33,230 nucleotides of DNA from Cyanophora paradoxa CCMP329 (lineage: Eukaryota > Plantae > Glaucophyta). This document shows, in pieces, positions 21,731 through 32,400 of the stretch. Where the stretch lies: contig QPMI01000322.1 of NCBI GenBank assembly GCA_004431415.1, positions 1 to 33,230 on the forward strand, read 5' to 3'. The first letter of the stretch is position 1; each line of letters opens with the position of its first letter. The translations under genes and the position numbers were made by a program. The notes under the pieces were generated by a model. It saw nothing but the letters and a program-made list of their open reading frames with translations, searched no databases and was not told the DNA's origin.

Positions 21731-22209
21731 CGCCATTGTTTTACCAACTCTACAATCTCGATTCCGCCGAGACACTCCGCCAGCTTCCACTTTCCCCTCT
21801 AGTGGTGTCCTACGTTTCGCCTCTCCTACTGTTCTACCGCCTTTGCCTCCTGCGACTACGTCTTCTAGTTCTGCTGTTAGCTCTGTCTTGTCGTCTTCGT
21901 CTAGATCTTCGTCTTCGACTGTAGTTCCTCGTGCTCGTTCTCCTTATTTGCTGCGTCCCCGTGCTCCTCGTCGTTCTAGTGTGACTAGTACTTCTGCGTC
22001 GACGCCCTTGAGCTCTTCTACTCCTTCTCCTCGTGCTCGTTCTCCTTATCTTTTGCGTTCTTCTGATCGTGTCCCTTCTCGTGATCCCTCTTGATTCTGT
22101 ATATATTTTGTGCTAGTTTACTGTATCTTTGATTTGTGATTGCTTTGTTGTCTTTAATATCACTACCTACGGGGGGTTCGCCCCACCGTAGTCTCTCAAA
22201 AAAAATAAT
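21731..22209 (+). mobile_element. 5'-truncated non-LTR retrotransposon (LINE-like) 3' fragment
   Basis: 13-bp direct repeat TAGATTTGCTAAC at 21718-21730 and 22210-22222 (TSD). Ends in the hairpin CTACGGGGGGTTCGCCCCACCGTAG, then TCTCTC and A8. A Ser/Arg-rich frame is open to 22094, followed by a T-rich 3'UTR-like stretch. Confidence 0.8.
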
Positions 22210-22426
22210 TAGATTTGCTAACACTTTTGTATGGGCCGTACCCCAAATTGATGAAAACGCGCTAATTTGGTGCCGCGCTAAAGCGCCTACCGGCGCCGAA
22301 ATTTTAGAACGCGCCGCGGTAATATGTGGCGCGGTATTTAAGTCGTCTACGGTAGGGGGCCACTACCGTAGTACCGTAGACTCCGTAGTAGTAGTACGGT
22401 AGTACTACCGGCCCATAAGTAGTATA

Positions 22427-22667
22427 CTGTAAAACGAGAAATGTCCGGCAGCACTTAATATTCGGCGCTTTTCGGCATAGCCTCGCGGTGCCGAATATTT
22501 GAAACTGCCAGAATTGTGCAAATGTATGGTGAAAGAGGGATCGACGTACCCGCCGCCTAGGCGGACTGGCTGTTTTGCCGAAAATATGATGCCGATGAAC
22601 CACATTTTCGGCGCATTTTTAAGGATTTGCCGAAATAAAGTGACGCCGGACATTTCTCGTTTTACAG
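22427..22667. mobile_element. MITE, Tc1/mariner-pogo type, 241 bp
   Basis: TIR CTGTAAAACGAGAAATGTCCGGC ... GCCGGACATTTCTCGTTTTACAG, flanked by TA on both sides. Confidence 0.9.
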
Positions 22668-22809
22668 TAAACTATGCTAGCGCTATATAAAGTACCGGGC
22701 CGCCGGGCCTACGTACTAGTACATATAGTATACGTACTATCATACTACTATGATATACCGGGCCTATTACCGGCCCCAAATTCTCTTGAAATACCCGGTA
22801 CTAGCTATA

Positions 22810-22927
22810 GGGCCGCCGGCGGGCGCGGCCGGCCGCCGGGCGCCCGGCCGGGCCGCGCCGCCGCCGGGCCGCGCGCGGCCCGGGCCCGGCGGCCGCCGGC
22901 GCCGCCGCGCCGGCGCCCGCGGCGCCG
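22810..22927. other. ~118 bp tract containing only G and C
   Basis: No A or T between 22810 and 22927; the flanks are TA-rich. Confidence 0.9.
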
Positions 22928-22997
22928 ATCTTCAAGGCTTTGAAAACTGCAGTCTGCAGGCTGCAGCTGGCCCAGTGGAGATCTAGAGCTAGAAATA

Positions 22998-23257
22998 CCG
23001 TGTAACACTATATTATGACGGTCAAATTTATGTCGTTATAAAACTGGACCCTTCTCTTGGTGAAATATGACGGTCCCAAATTATGTCGTCATGAAATTTT
23101 CAGGCTTGTCTCAAGTTGTCTGGGGCGGTTTATTGTATGGGGCGACTTACCGTACCCGTTTTATGACGGTCTCAAATTATGTCGTTAGATCATGTCCGAA
23201 CCGACATAATTTGGTACCGACATAGTAAAGTGCCCGTCATATTATTGTGTTACACGG
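22998..23257. mobile_element. MITE, Tc1/mariner-pogo type, 260 bp
   Basis: TIR CCGTGTAACACTATATTATGACGG ... CCGTCATATTATTGTGTTACACGG, TA flanks, internal TATGACGGT and AAATTATGTCG subrepeats. Confidence 0.88.
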
Positions 23258-23667
23258 TACTTAGTGGGCTGCATATTTATAGTACTACAGTACTAAAACG
23301 TTTTGCCAAGTTGGGCGATCTACTAAATATTTCCCGCCTGCTAAAGCCGAGAATTTGAAGGGGTAGTCCATCTCCGCAATACAAAAGCTGCGAAGACTGA
23401 TCGACCTACTAAAGATTTACTATCTGCTAAAGTTTTCGACGTATATATATATATGTCTATCATAGTATCGATGACGTCGCTTTGACTGGTGGACGCGCCG
23501 CGGCAACGGCGCCGGCATATGCATGCGCATTGCGCTGCTGAATTTGCGCAGTCACGAACTCACGCGGCCGGAGTCACGGGGCCGCCGGCGCCGGCTCCGC
23601 ACGGTCCGACGGTCGAAATTTTAAAATGAGGCCCCCAAATTACATATGTGCCTGTACGTCGACAGAA

Positions 23668-23825
23668 TTTTTTTTTTAAAGATCTACGGCGGGCGTACCC
23701 ACTCGTAGTACACAACGAGGATACAATTGCAAGTCACGGTATCAGGAATCACGGGGATTCGAAGTACAACGAAGCGGAAACAGCAGGAACCGAACCCGGA
23801 AATCCGGGAGGTCGTAGCACGACCT
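23668..23825 (-). mobile_element. Short 5'-truncated retroposed insertion (LINE/SINE 3' end), 158 bp
   Basis: 15-bp TSD TGTACGTCGACAGAA at 23653-23667 and 23826-23840. T10 at 23668-23677 is poly(A) on the minus strand, preceded by the hairpin CTACGAGTGGGTACGCCCGCCGTAG. Confidence 0.85.
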
Positions 23826-24215
23826 TGTACGTCGACAGAAGGTACTAATACCGTACTATTATTATTATATATTACTACTGTAGCTAATAGCTATACGTAT
23901 ACGTCTTAAGCTTCATGCCAACATTAACATTGCCAAGTTTTCGGGGGTTCGCCGGCGCCCAACGTATATAGCGCGCGGTATTATACGTACGCCGGTATAC
24001 CGTATATATACGTACGTAGTCTCTCAAAAAACAAATACGGTAATGTTAAAGTGCGTACCTAGCTTATATTTATGTATTATTCAGTTTTACGGTAAGCAGC
24101 TCCGAAGCCTCCGATCGCCGAACCGACGAACCCGGAGCTCGAGCCTCGAGGGTCTCCTGAATTTCGAACCACTGAAACGGCACTTTCTAGTAAGTTTCTA
24201 CGTATACCCCGTCTA

Positions 24216-24430
24216 CTGTAGGAATGCTTAAATTGCCGCGTAGTTAAATTGCCGAATTCGACCAAAACTGGAATTGCCGTGGCGATAAATTGCCGAATCC
24301 AGATTCTGCTCTATGGCGGGCTAGGAAAGTACCTACCCCACAAGCAATTGCCGTAATGCTAAATTGCCGAATTCGGCCTCTCGGCAATTTACGGCAATTC
24401 AAAACATCGGCTAAAAAAGCATTCCTACAG
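24216..24430. mobile_element. MITE, Tc1/mariner type, 215 bp
   Basis: TIR CTGTAGGAATGCTT ... AAGCATTCCTACAG, TA flanks, internal AATTGCCG/CGGCAATT subterminal repeats. Confidence 0.88.
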
Positions 24431-25186
24431 TACCCGATCGGACAGGCCCTAACGGTGGTATATATAATATATATACCAAGTGTCTGGGGCCTTCATTTAA
24501 AAGTTCAAGTGTTAATTTAATCTAATTTGGAACTTCGAATTCGGGCCAACACTGGCCCAACAGATAGGAGGATCATGAACATTCATAAATGATCACGCGT
24601 ACGGTTGGCCGGAACGTTAGCACGTGCCGGAGATCATGCCCAGTTAGTGGCAGCTGCAGTCACCCAGTACATGCGATATTACTAAGTTAATTGCAAATTT
24701 AAAGTGCCAACAAACATATATATACATATACATCGCCGTGAGGGGGTACAAATATGGTTTCCATTGGGGTACAAGTATATTACTCGTCTGCGTGTTTAAC
24801 GCACCGGTTCGCGGCGGAGCGCGCGCTCTATAGCTCTCTTTTGGGCGTTTCTTTGTCTTGTAAGAGCTCGATATGACTGCATGGGGTTCAGCAACTTCAG
24901 CGCGCGCAGCACGTCGGTTCGCGGCGATACCTTGGCCAACCCTTGAACTCGGCAAGCATGAGCATGATCGGCCCATGGCCAGCAGCTGTATGCGCAGGAG
25001 TGGCCCATTACCGGCACGCCTCGCAAACAGCTGGCGCTGCAGGCTCGTTAACGTTCCTCGCGCGCCAAACAACATCGTGCACTTAAGCTTGGCCGTCGGG
25101 ACGGTGCGGCTGCAGCTCATGATCAGCGGCTGTAGCTGGCGGACTCTTTTCGGAGTGCAGCGGCGCCAGCGGACTCTTTGCTGTTC

Positions 25187-28100
25187 ATGATTTCGGGAGC
25201 AGTGCCAATGCCCGCGCCGGCCAGCCTGGGCGTTGATCGTAGACATCATGATGTGCATGATCCTAGCGATGTGCTGGAGTTAGCTGCGCGTGCAGGGTTC
25301 GGCGCAGCCCCTCGTGGCGCCGGCAGAGAGAGGCGTCGGGGCTCAGGCGAGGCGCCCAAGGAGGCGCTCCAGGCCGCAAATGCAACCGGTACCGCGACTC
25401 CAGCTGCAGGCGCGACTCGATGCGCGATTGGCGCACAGCCGGAGCCGCAACTGCAGGCGGCGGGGCGTGTCTCCTGCCCGCACGCTCTGTGCGACCTTGA
25501 CGGATCGGAGGCGGAGGCGGCGGCCTCTGCAGGCGGCTGCCGCCGCTCGCTCGCCCCGCGCCTCCGCTCCCTCGTCTCCCTCTTCGAGCGCAGCATCCGG
25601 GTGCCCGCGCGCCGCCTCGCCCGCGCGCCCCGCCCAGCTGCAACCGCGCGCCGGGCGCAGTGTCTGACGGGGCGGGGACGGGGCGCGCGGGGCGGCGCAG
25701 GGCAAGTCGCTGCTGCTCATCGGGGCGCTCTCGTCCTGCGTCCTCGCTCTCGTCGTCGGCATCCTTGTCACAGTCTTCCCCCAGTGCGCGCGCCCACCGC
25801 CCCCGGCCCGCCGCCCCGCGCCGCCGCCGAGGGGGCGGGGCCGGCAGGTCCTTCTACCGGCTGGAGGAGAGGAGCTTCGCGCTGGTGGCGGAGCAGCTCG
25901 CGGCGGCCCTCGCGCACGACCTCGAGGCCCAGCTCCGCGCCGCCGCCCTCCTCTCCCACCCCGCCCCCGGCCCCCGGGCCCGGGCCCGGGCCCGACCCCT
26001 CCCTTCGCGTGCGCCCGCCCGCCCTGTTGCCCGCCGCGCCGCCGGGGCCGATGTGGCGGCGGCTGCGCAGGCGGCTGCTGGCGGCGGGGGCGCGGGGCGG
26101 CGGAGCTCCTCGAGCTCCTCTCCGCCGACCTCGCCCTCCGTCCGCCCCGCCCGCCCGCCCGCCCCGCCCCGCGCCCGCGCCTCGCGAGCCGCGGAGGCGG
26201 CGCAGTGTACGACGCGGAGGGCGCCCTCGTCCTCTCCGCCGCCCGCCCGGCGTGCCCCTCCCCGACGCCCTCCGCGCCCTCCCCGCCCCTCCCCGCTCCG
26301 CAGGCCCGCCCGCCCCTCCCGCCCCGCACCCCGCCCTCACGCCCCGCCAGGCTGAGCGCTGGGTACGTGCTGCTGGAGGATGGGGACGCCGGCGCCCGCG
26401 CGCCGGGGTCGGCGCGGGGCGGCGCCGGCGCGGCGGCGGCGGCGCGCGTGCTCGCGGTCGCCTCGCACCCGGTGCGCGCCGCCGCCGGCAACGGCTCGGC
26501 CCCGGGGGCCCCGGGGGACGGGGAGCCTCCTCCTCGCCCGCCACTTCTCCGACGCCGCCCTCGCCGTGCGCCCCGCCCCCCCCGTGCGCCCGCGGGAGGG
26601 GTTGCGAGGGCGGGGCGGGCAGGGGCTGGCGCAGCGCGCGCAGGCGTGCACCGCCGCCTTCCTCCTCCCGCACGCCCCGAGGGCCTCCTCCACGCCCCCG
26701 CCGCCCCGCCGTCGGCCCCGGGCCCGCCCCCGCCGTCGCCCTCCACGGCATGCGCGCCGCCGGCATGCGGGCGGCGGAGGCGGCGGAGCTGCGGGGCGAC
26801 GCGGGGCCGGGGCCGGGCGGGTGTGCCCGGGGCGGGGCCGCTGGGCCCGAAGGGGCGGGGAGGGGGCGCGCATGGCGGCCTACTTCGTCGTGGCGGACGT
26901 CGCGGGGGCCCCCGCCTTCCTCCTCCGCGCCGACCGGCCCCGCGGTGCCCCGGGCCCGCCGCCCCGCCCCCGGCCGCGGCGCTGAGGCGGGGCCCGGGGC
27001 CGGGGGCCAGACGTGGTGGGGGTGGGCCTGGAGGAGGTGCGCCTGGCGGTGCTCCTCGTCGTCCTCGTCTCGGGCGCCTTCTTCACCTCCTCCTTCGCCT
27101 TCCTCGAGGGCATCGTCCTCCGCCCCGTCCAGTCCCTCACCAGCCAGGTCGAGGGCGCGCCCGCCCCCGCCCCGAGTCGCCCCCGGAGCGTCTCCTGAGG
27201 GGCGGGCAGGGATCGCGGCGACGGACGAGGTGGGGCGGCGGGTGGCGGCCCCGCGGGGGAACCGGCGGGACGAGATCGGGGCCCTCGCGGGGGCGGTCAA
27301 CGGGATGCTGGCGGCGATCCAGCGGACGCGGGACGCCATCCACGAGGCCCGCGCCGAGGCCCGCCGCCTCCTCTTCTCCGCGGTGCCCGCGCCCCTCGCC
27401 GAGCGCCTCGCGGGGGGCGAGGCCCTCGTCGCCGCCGAGCGCGCCCACGCGAGCGTCCTCGTCCTCAAGGTCTCGGGCTACGAGGCGCACCTCGCCGGCA
27501 TGGAGCCGGCGAGCTTCACGCACTGCTGGAGCTCCCTCCTCGGCGCCCTCGACCGCCTCTGCGCGCGGCGCGGGGCGGCCCCCTTCCTCGTCGTCGGGGA
27601 CACGCTCTTCACGGCGCTCGGCCTCCCCGCCCGCAGCGCCGCCCACGCCGCCCAGGCCCTCGCCCTCGCCCACGACGCCGTCGAGGCCCGCCCCGCCCGC
27701 CCCGCCCGCCCGCCCCGCCGCGGCCGCGCTGAGGGCGGCGCAGGTCGTCGCCGCCCTCTCCGCCTTCCTCGGCTTCAGCGCCGCCGCCAGGGCCGGCGTC
27801 GCCACGGGCCCCTCACCGCCGGCGTCCTCCGCCGGCCCCGCATCCGCCGCTACCAGTTCAACACATGGGCCCCGCCATGGCCGAGGCGAGCCGCCTCTGC
27901 GCCGTCGCCGCCCCGGGCCGCGTCGCCGCCACGCGCGCCGCCCTCGACGCGGCCGGCCCGGGGCCGGGGCGGTGGAGAGCGAGGGGTTGTTGCCGGCGGC
28001 GGGCCGCGGTACGCGCTGCTGCAGGCGCGGGGGACGCCGTGCGAGGGCCTGGAGGGGATCCTGGGCCTGGGCGGGGGCGGGGACGCGGCGAGCGAGGAGG

Positions 28101-28754
28101 AGGCTCTCATGCGGGGGGCCTCCTCGCCGGCATCCCCAGCCTCCGCCTCGCCATCCACGTCCGCCCCGCCCGCCCCGCCCGCGCCCGCGCCCCGCTCACC
28201 CCCGCCCCCGCAGCAGGAGGCCTCGAGCTCGTCGCCGGCGCGGACGCCGGGCTCGGGGCGGGGCGGGGCGGCGGGCAGCGTGCGGCGGCACTACTCGCGG
28301 GGCGAGCTCGAGTTCGTCGGCCGCAAGTACGCCTCGGAGCCCTTCGGCGGCCGCGCCCGCGCCGGCCGGCCCCGGGCCAGCGCCGCCCTCGCGCAGCGCT
28401 CGCCCTCGAAGCCGGCGACGGCGGCGCAGGCGTGGGGCGAGCGCGCCGGCCCCGCCGCGGCGGGGCGCTCGGGGGGCTCCCGGGGGCGACCCCGACCGCC
28501 CCCGCTCCCTCCTCGCCGCCGCCTTCGGCGCCGGGCGCGACCCCGGCCCCGGCCCCGGCCCCGGGGCCGGCGAGGAGCCCGAGGCCCCCGGCGGCCTCTT
28601 CGCCCGCCTCCTCCTCCAGGCCGGCCGCGGGGGCGCCCCGGGGCCGGGGACGCCCCCGCCGGCCCCCGCCGTCGCCTGGACGGGCCTCGGCCCCGTGCAC
28701 GAGGACGCCCCCGCGGGGGAGGGCGACGTGCTCCCCTTCGAGGGCCCCGAGTGA
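25187..28754 (+). CDS. Multi-exon membrane receptor-type protein: TM, extracellular (CHASE4-like) sensor, TM, HAMP, degenerate class III adenylate/guanylate cyclase domain; both ends approximate
   Basis: Spliced reading gives SIR|GKSLLLIGALSSCVLALVVGILVTVFPQ|SFYRLEE (TM1), VRLAVLLVVLVSGAFFTSSFAFLEGIVLRPVQSLTSQVE|GI (TM2 and HAMP start), RRDEIGALAGAVNGML (HAMP), RRLLFSAVPAPLAERL (cyclase transducer-like), VVGDTLFTALGLP, RAGVATGP and NTWGPAMAEASRL. Introns at 25601-25700, 25784-25847, 27155-27209, 27686-27743. There are several 1-bp frameshifts in homopolymers. The CHASE4 call is an inference. Confidence 0.8.
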
Positions 28755-29494
28755 GCCGCGCCGCTCCCCGCCGCCCGCCACTCCAGCCGAGCGTGAAACA
28801 CGGGACCGGCTGCACGCGCCCCGTATCAATATCGTGGTGTGTCAGTTGTACGGTCGCTAGTTTCAAGTTTCTGACTCATGATCAGTAAGCCTCTCGCGAA
28901 TCGGTTCCGATTTCGTACGTTTTGAGCGTTGATCATGATCATGAAATGAAGCCTTGAAGGGAAGAAGCTTCGAGGTCTAACAGAAAACAAATCATCGGAT
29001 GGATCCTTGCTAAGTTGCAGAAGGGCCACGCCGCGTTACGGGGAAACTTTTTTGACATGCAAGACTCTGAGAGAGCACTGCCGGGCCCCGCCTGATTATG
29101 ATCATGAAATCAAGAGATCTAGACCCGGTGACCAGCTTTCAAGTTTGAAAGTTTCAAGTTGAAAGTGTTAACTGACTCCCTTAGCACGACTTCAATTTCG
29201 ATTTCTCAGTCGAGTCTGGCGACACTCGTCTCGGCGAGTCCCGGCAGGGGACTCGTTGCACAGGCCCTGAGGGCCTTAGCCAAGGATAGGAGGCTTTCAA
29301 GTTTCACGATCAAGAAATGAAATCTATTCAATGATCCGTATGGCCAATTGCAATACAGTTTTGCTGAAATGTGCCCACCGCGCACTAGTGCTGTGTCACT
29401 GTCCAGCTCGAGGATTCCTCTACTGCCTATGTCGTAAGATTCGTAGCGTTGTTAAGATTTAAGATGGACTCGCGCCCGAGGACTCGCCATCGGG

Positions 29495-32400
29495 CTACGC
29501 GTCGACGTCGCGGCCGGAGGCGGCGTCCCCGCCGGCCCCGGCGCGCCTCGCCGCGCGCCACTCCTCGATGCGGGCCTGCGCGGCGCGCGCGGCGCTGTGA
29601 GGCCAAGGGGGGACGAGGGGCGAGAAGAGGGGCGGGTGCAGGGGGGCGCCTTCAAGGCGGGCTCGGGGCGAGGGCGGCGGGGCGAGGGGGCGCGGGAGAA
29701 GGGGTCCCGCCCGTCGGCGGCGAGGAGGTGCTGGAGGATGGCCGCCCGCTCCACCACCGCCCCCGACGGCAGCCGCACCGGCTCCTCCATCACCTGCCGC
29801 CCCGCCCCGCCCCTCAGCGCCCCCCGCAGGCCGGCTCCGCGGCCGGGGGCACAGCCGGCGCGCCTCGCAGGAGATGGGGCACAGGAACTCCTCGGGGGCA
29901 TCCTCCAGCTCCCCCTCCAGGGCCCCGCCCGCCCCGCCCTCCCCGCCCGGCGAGGCCGGCGCGGCAGCCGCCGGGCGGCCAGCTGGCCCTCGAGCAGCCT
30001 GGGCGGCGGCGTCGAGGCGCGCGAGGGGCGGGCGGGGCGGAGGGTGGCGGGGCACCGGGCCTCCTCGGAGAGGAGCTGCCAGCGGACGACGGTCACGGGC
30101 GCCGCCACCCCCCGGTGCTGCAGCGCCACCTGCTCCCGCCTGCTGAGCGGGGGCGGGGGCGGGTGAGGAGGCGGGGGGAGCGCGGGCGCGCCTCGGTGGC
30201 CTGAAGGAGGAGCCCGTGCCTGCCGCCCGCGATGAGAGTCGCGGGGGCGGGGGTGCGGCGCGGGGCGGGGTGCACGAGTAGCTGCGGCGGTCGCTGACGA
30301 GGGCGCGCACGAAGGCCGGGGCCGGGGAGAGGGCCACGCAGCTGCCGGCCCCCTCGGCGGGGGCGGGGGCGGGGCGGGCGAGGGCGCGGCGGGCGGGCGC
30401 ACATCTCCATGATGGCCCCGAGGAGGAACTTGGGGTCGAAGCTGCCCCGCCCCGCTCGCCCCGCGGAGAAGAGGGGCCTGGGCGGGGGCAGACGGACCCG
30501 TAGAGCTCGGGGGCGCGGACCTTGAGGGAGGCCCGCCCGTCGCCCGCCAGCAGCCGCAGGAAGCGGCACAGCGCCCCCGCCAACCGCCCCACCACCCCTG
30601 CCCCGCCCTGAGGCCCCGGCCCTGGGGGGCGGGGCGGGGCGGGGCGGGGCGGGCCTGGGTGGAGGAAGGGGGCCGGCCAGTCGGCGACGACGGCCTGCAG
30701 CAGGCGCAGCGTCGGGCGCGCCGCCCCAGGTGAAACGCCGCTGCGCCGCACGGCTCGCAGCGGGCGGGGCGGGGGCGGGCGGGGCCGGGGGCGCGCCGTG
30801 GCTCTTGGCCTGCGCGAGGGCCGCCGCCGCCTCCTCGAGCTCCTCCCCGGCCCGCCCCTCCTCCCCGCCGGCGGCAGCGGCACCGAGGGCGCGTCCGCCG
30901 CCTCCGGGGCGGCCCCGGGGCCTCTCCCGGCGCGGCGGGGCCCGTTGTGTCCGCCGCCCCGCCTCCTCGGGGCCTCGGGGAGGGAGAAGGAGGGGCCGCC
31001 TCGCCCACGCCCTCGGGGCGCCCTCGGGGCGGCCTCGGCTGCGGCGGCGGCGCGGCGGCGGCGGCGGGCGGCGCGCTCGGCGGCGCGCGGGGAGCGCCAG
31101 GTGCCGGCCTCGATCGCGCGGATGGTCGCCAGGCAGGCGAGGCCTGCGGGGGACGGGGGAGGGCTCAGGGCCGGGTTCGACGCCCCCGGCGCGGGGCGGG
31201 GGGCGCACCCTCGTCGAGGAGGAAGGTGGCGTCGGCGACGAGGGCCGAGGCGAAGCGCAGCAGCGGCCCCGCCTCCCGCTCCCCCGGCCCCTGCCCCTCG
31301 TACGCCCCCGCCACCGCCCGCCAGAAGGCCTCCACCCGCTGCGCCCCGTCCGGCGCCGGCGTCCCCTCCCACAGCCGCTCGATCGCCGGCGCGATCTGCG
31401 GCCCCTCAGCGCGGCGCCCCGCGGGGGACGGGCGCCCGCCTCGGGACGGACCGCGCGGCGGAGGGCGTACTTCTCCATGTACTGCCCCGCGCTCCCCGTG
31501 GCCCCTACGTCCACGTAGAGCCGCAGCAGCGCCGGCGCGAGCTCCGCCGCGTGCGGCGCCGCCTCCGCCGGCGTCACCCGCGGCGCCTCGTTGCGCGCCA
31601 GCAGCTGCCCCGCGCCAGCTGAGCGGGGGCGGGGGGATGGAGGGGCGCGCCCGCGCGCGCTCGCCTGGCCGAGGACGGAGCCGATCTTGGCGCGCAGGTA
31701 GGGCGAGCGGACGCGGTCGGGGCGGCCGGCGAGGGCGGCGGCGAGGGCGGCGAGGGGGCGGCGGCGGGCGGGGCAGCAGGGGGCCCCTCCTCGTCGGCCG
31801 CCGGGGCGCGCCCCGCGAGGAAGGCGAAGCCGTCGAGGAGGTCGTCCAGCACGTGCTCGGGCAGCGCCGCCAGCAGCGCCGGCTCCGCCTCCGCCGCCCC
31901 CGCCAGCACCCGGCACGCGAACGGCAGGTACGCCGCCAGCGGCCGCAGCAGGCCCGCCCCTGCGCGCCGCCCGCTCGCGGGGCGCCTCTGTGCGGGCGGG
32001 GGCGGGGCGCACGGAAGAGGGCGGCGTCGAAGCAGATGCGCGCCTGCGTCCAGGCCTCGACCTGGCCGCGCCACATGGCGGCGGCGGCGGCGTCGCGGGC
32101 GGCGGCGGCCTCGTCGGCGGCGGCGCGGGCGCGCTCGAGCTGCGCGCGGGCGTGCTCGTAGCGCGGCAGGAGCACCGCCAGGCCCAGGTGCAGCGCCCGC
32201 GCCGCCAGAAGGAAGAGCTGGGAGGGTACGGGTCCGCCCCGGGGGAGGCCGGGGCCCGGGGGGCGTCGGGGGCGGGGCGGGGGCGGCGAGGCGGGTGGCG
32301 GGCGGAGGTCGAGGAGGGGCCGGCCCCGAAGCTCGGGGTCCTCCAGGCCCGAGGGCCCGTCCACGATCTGCGCGAAAGCCTCAGCCGCCGCAACCCCTCG

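Noticed and set aside
25178-28888. 1236-aa single-exon ORF and overlapping antisense ORFs
   Set aside because: It reads through introns and switches between real and shadow frames; only parts match the cyclase gene.
27800-29700. Frameshifts as evidence that the cyclase and UFD2 genes are pseudogenes
   Set aside because: The shifts I checked lie in G/C homopolymers, the same indel pattern seen between palindrome arms, so consensus error is more likely; short-read polishing is needed.
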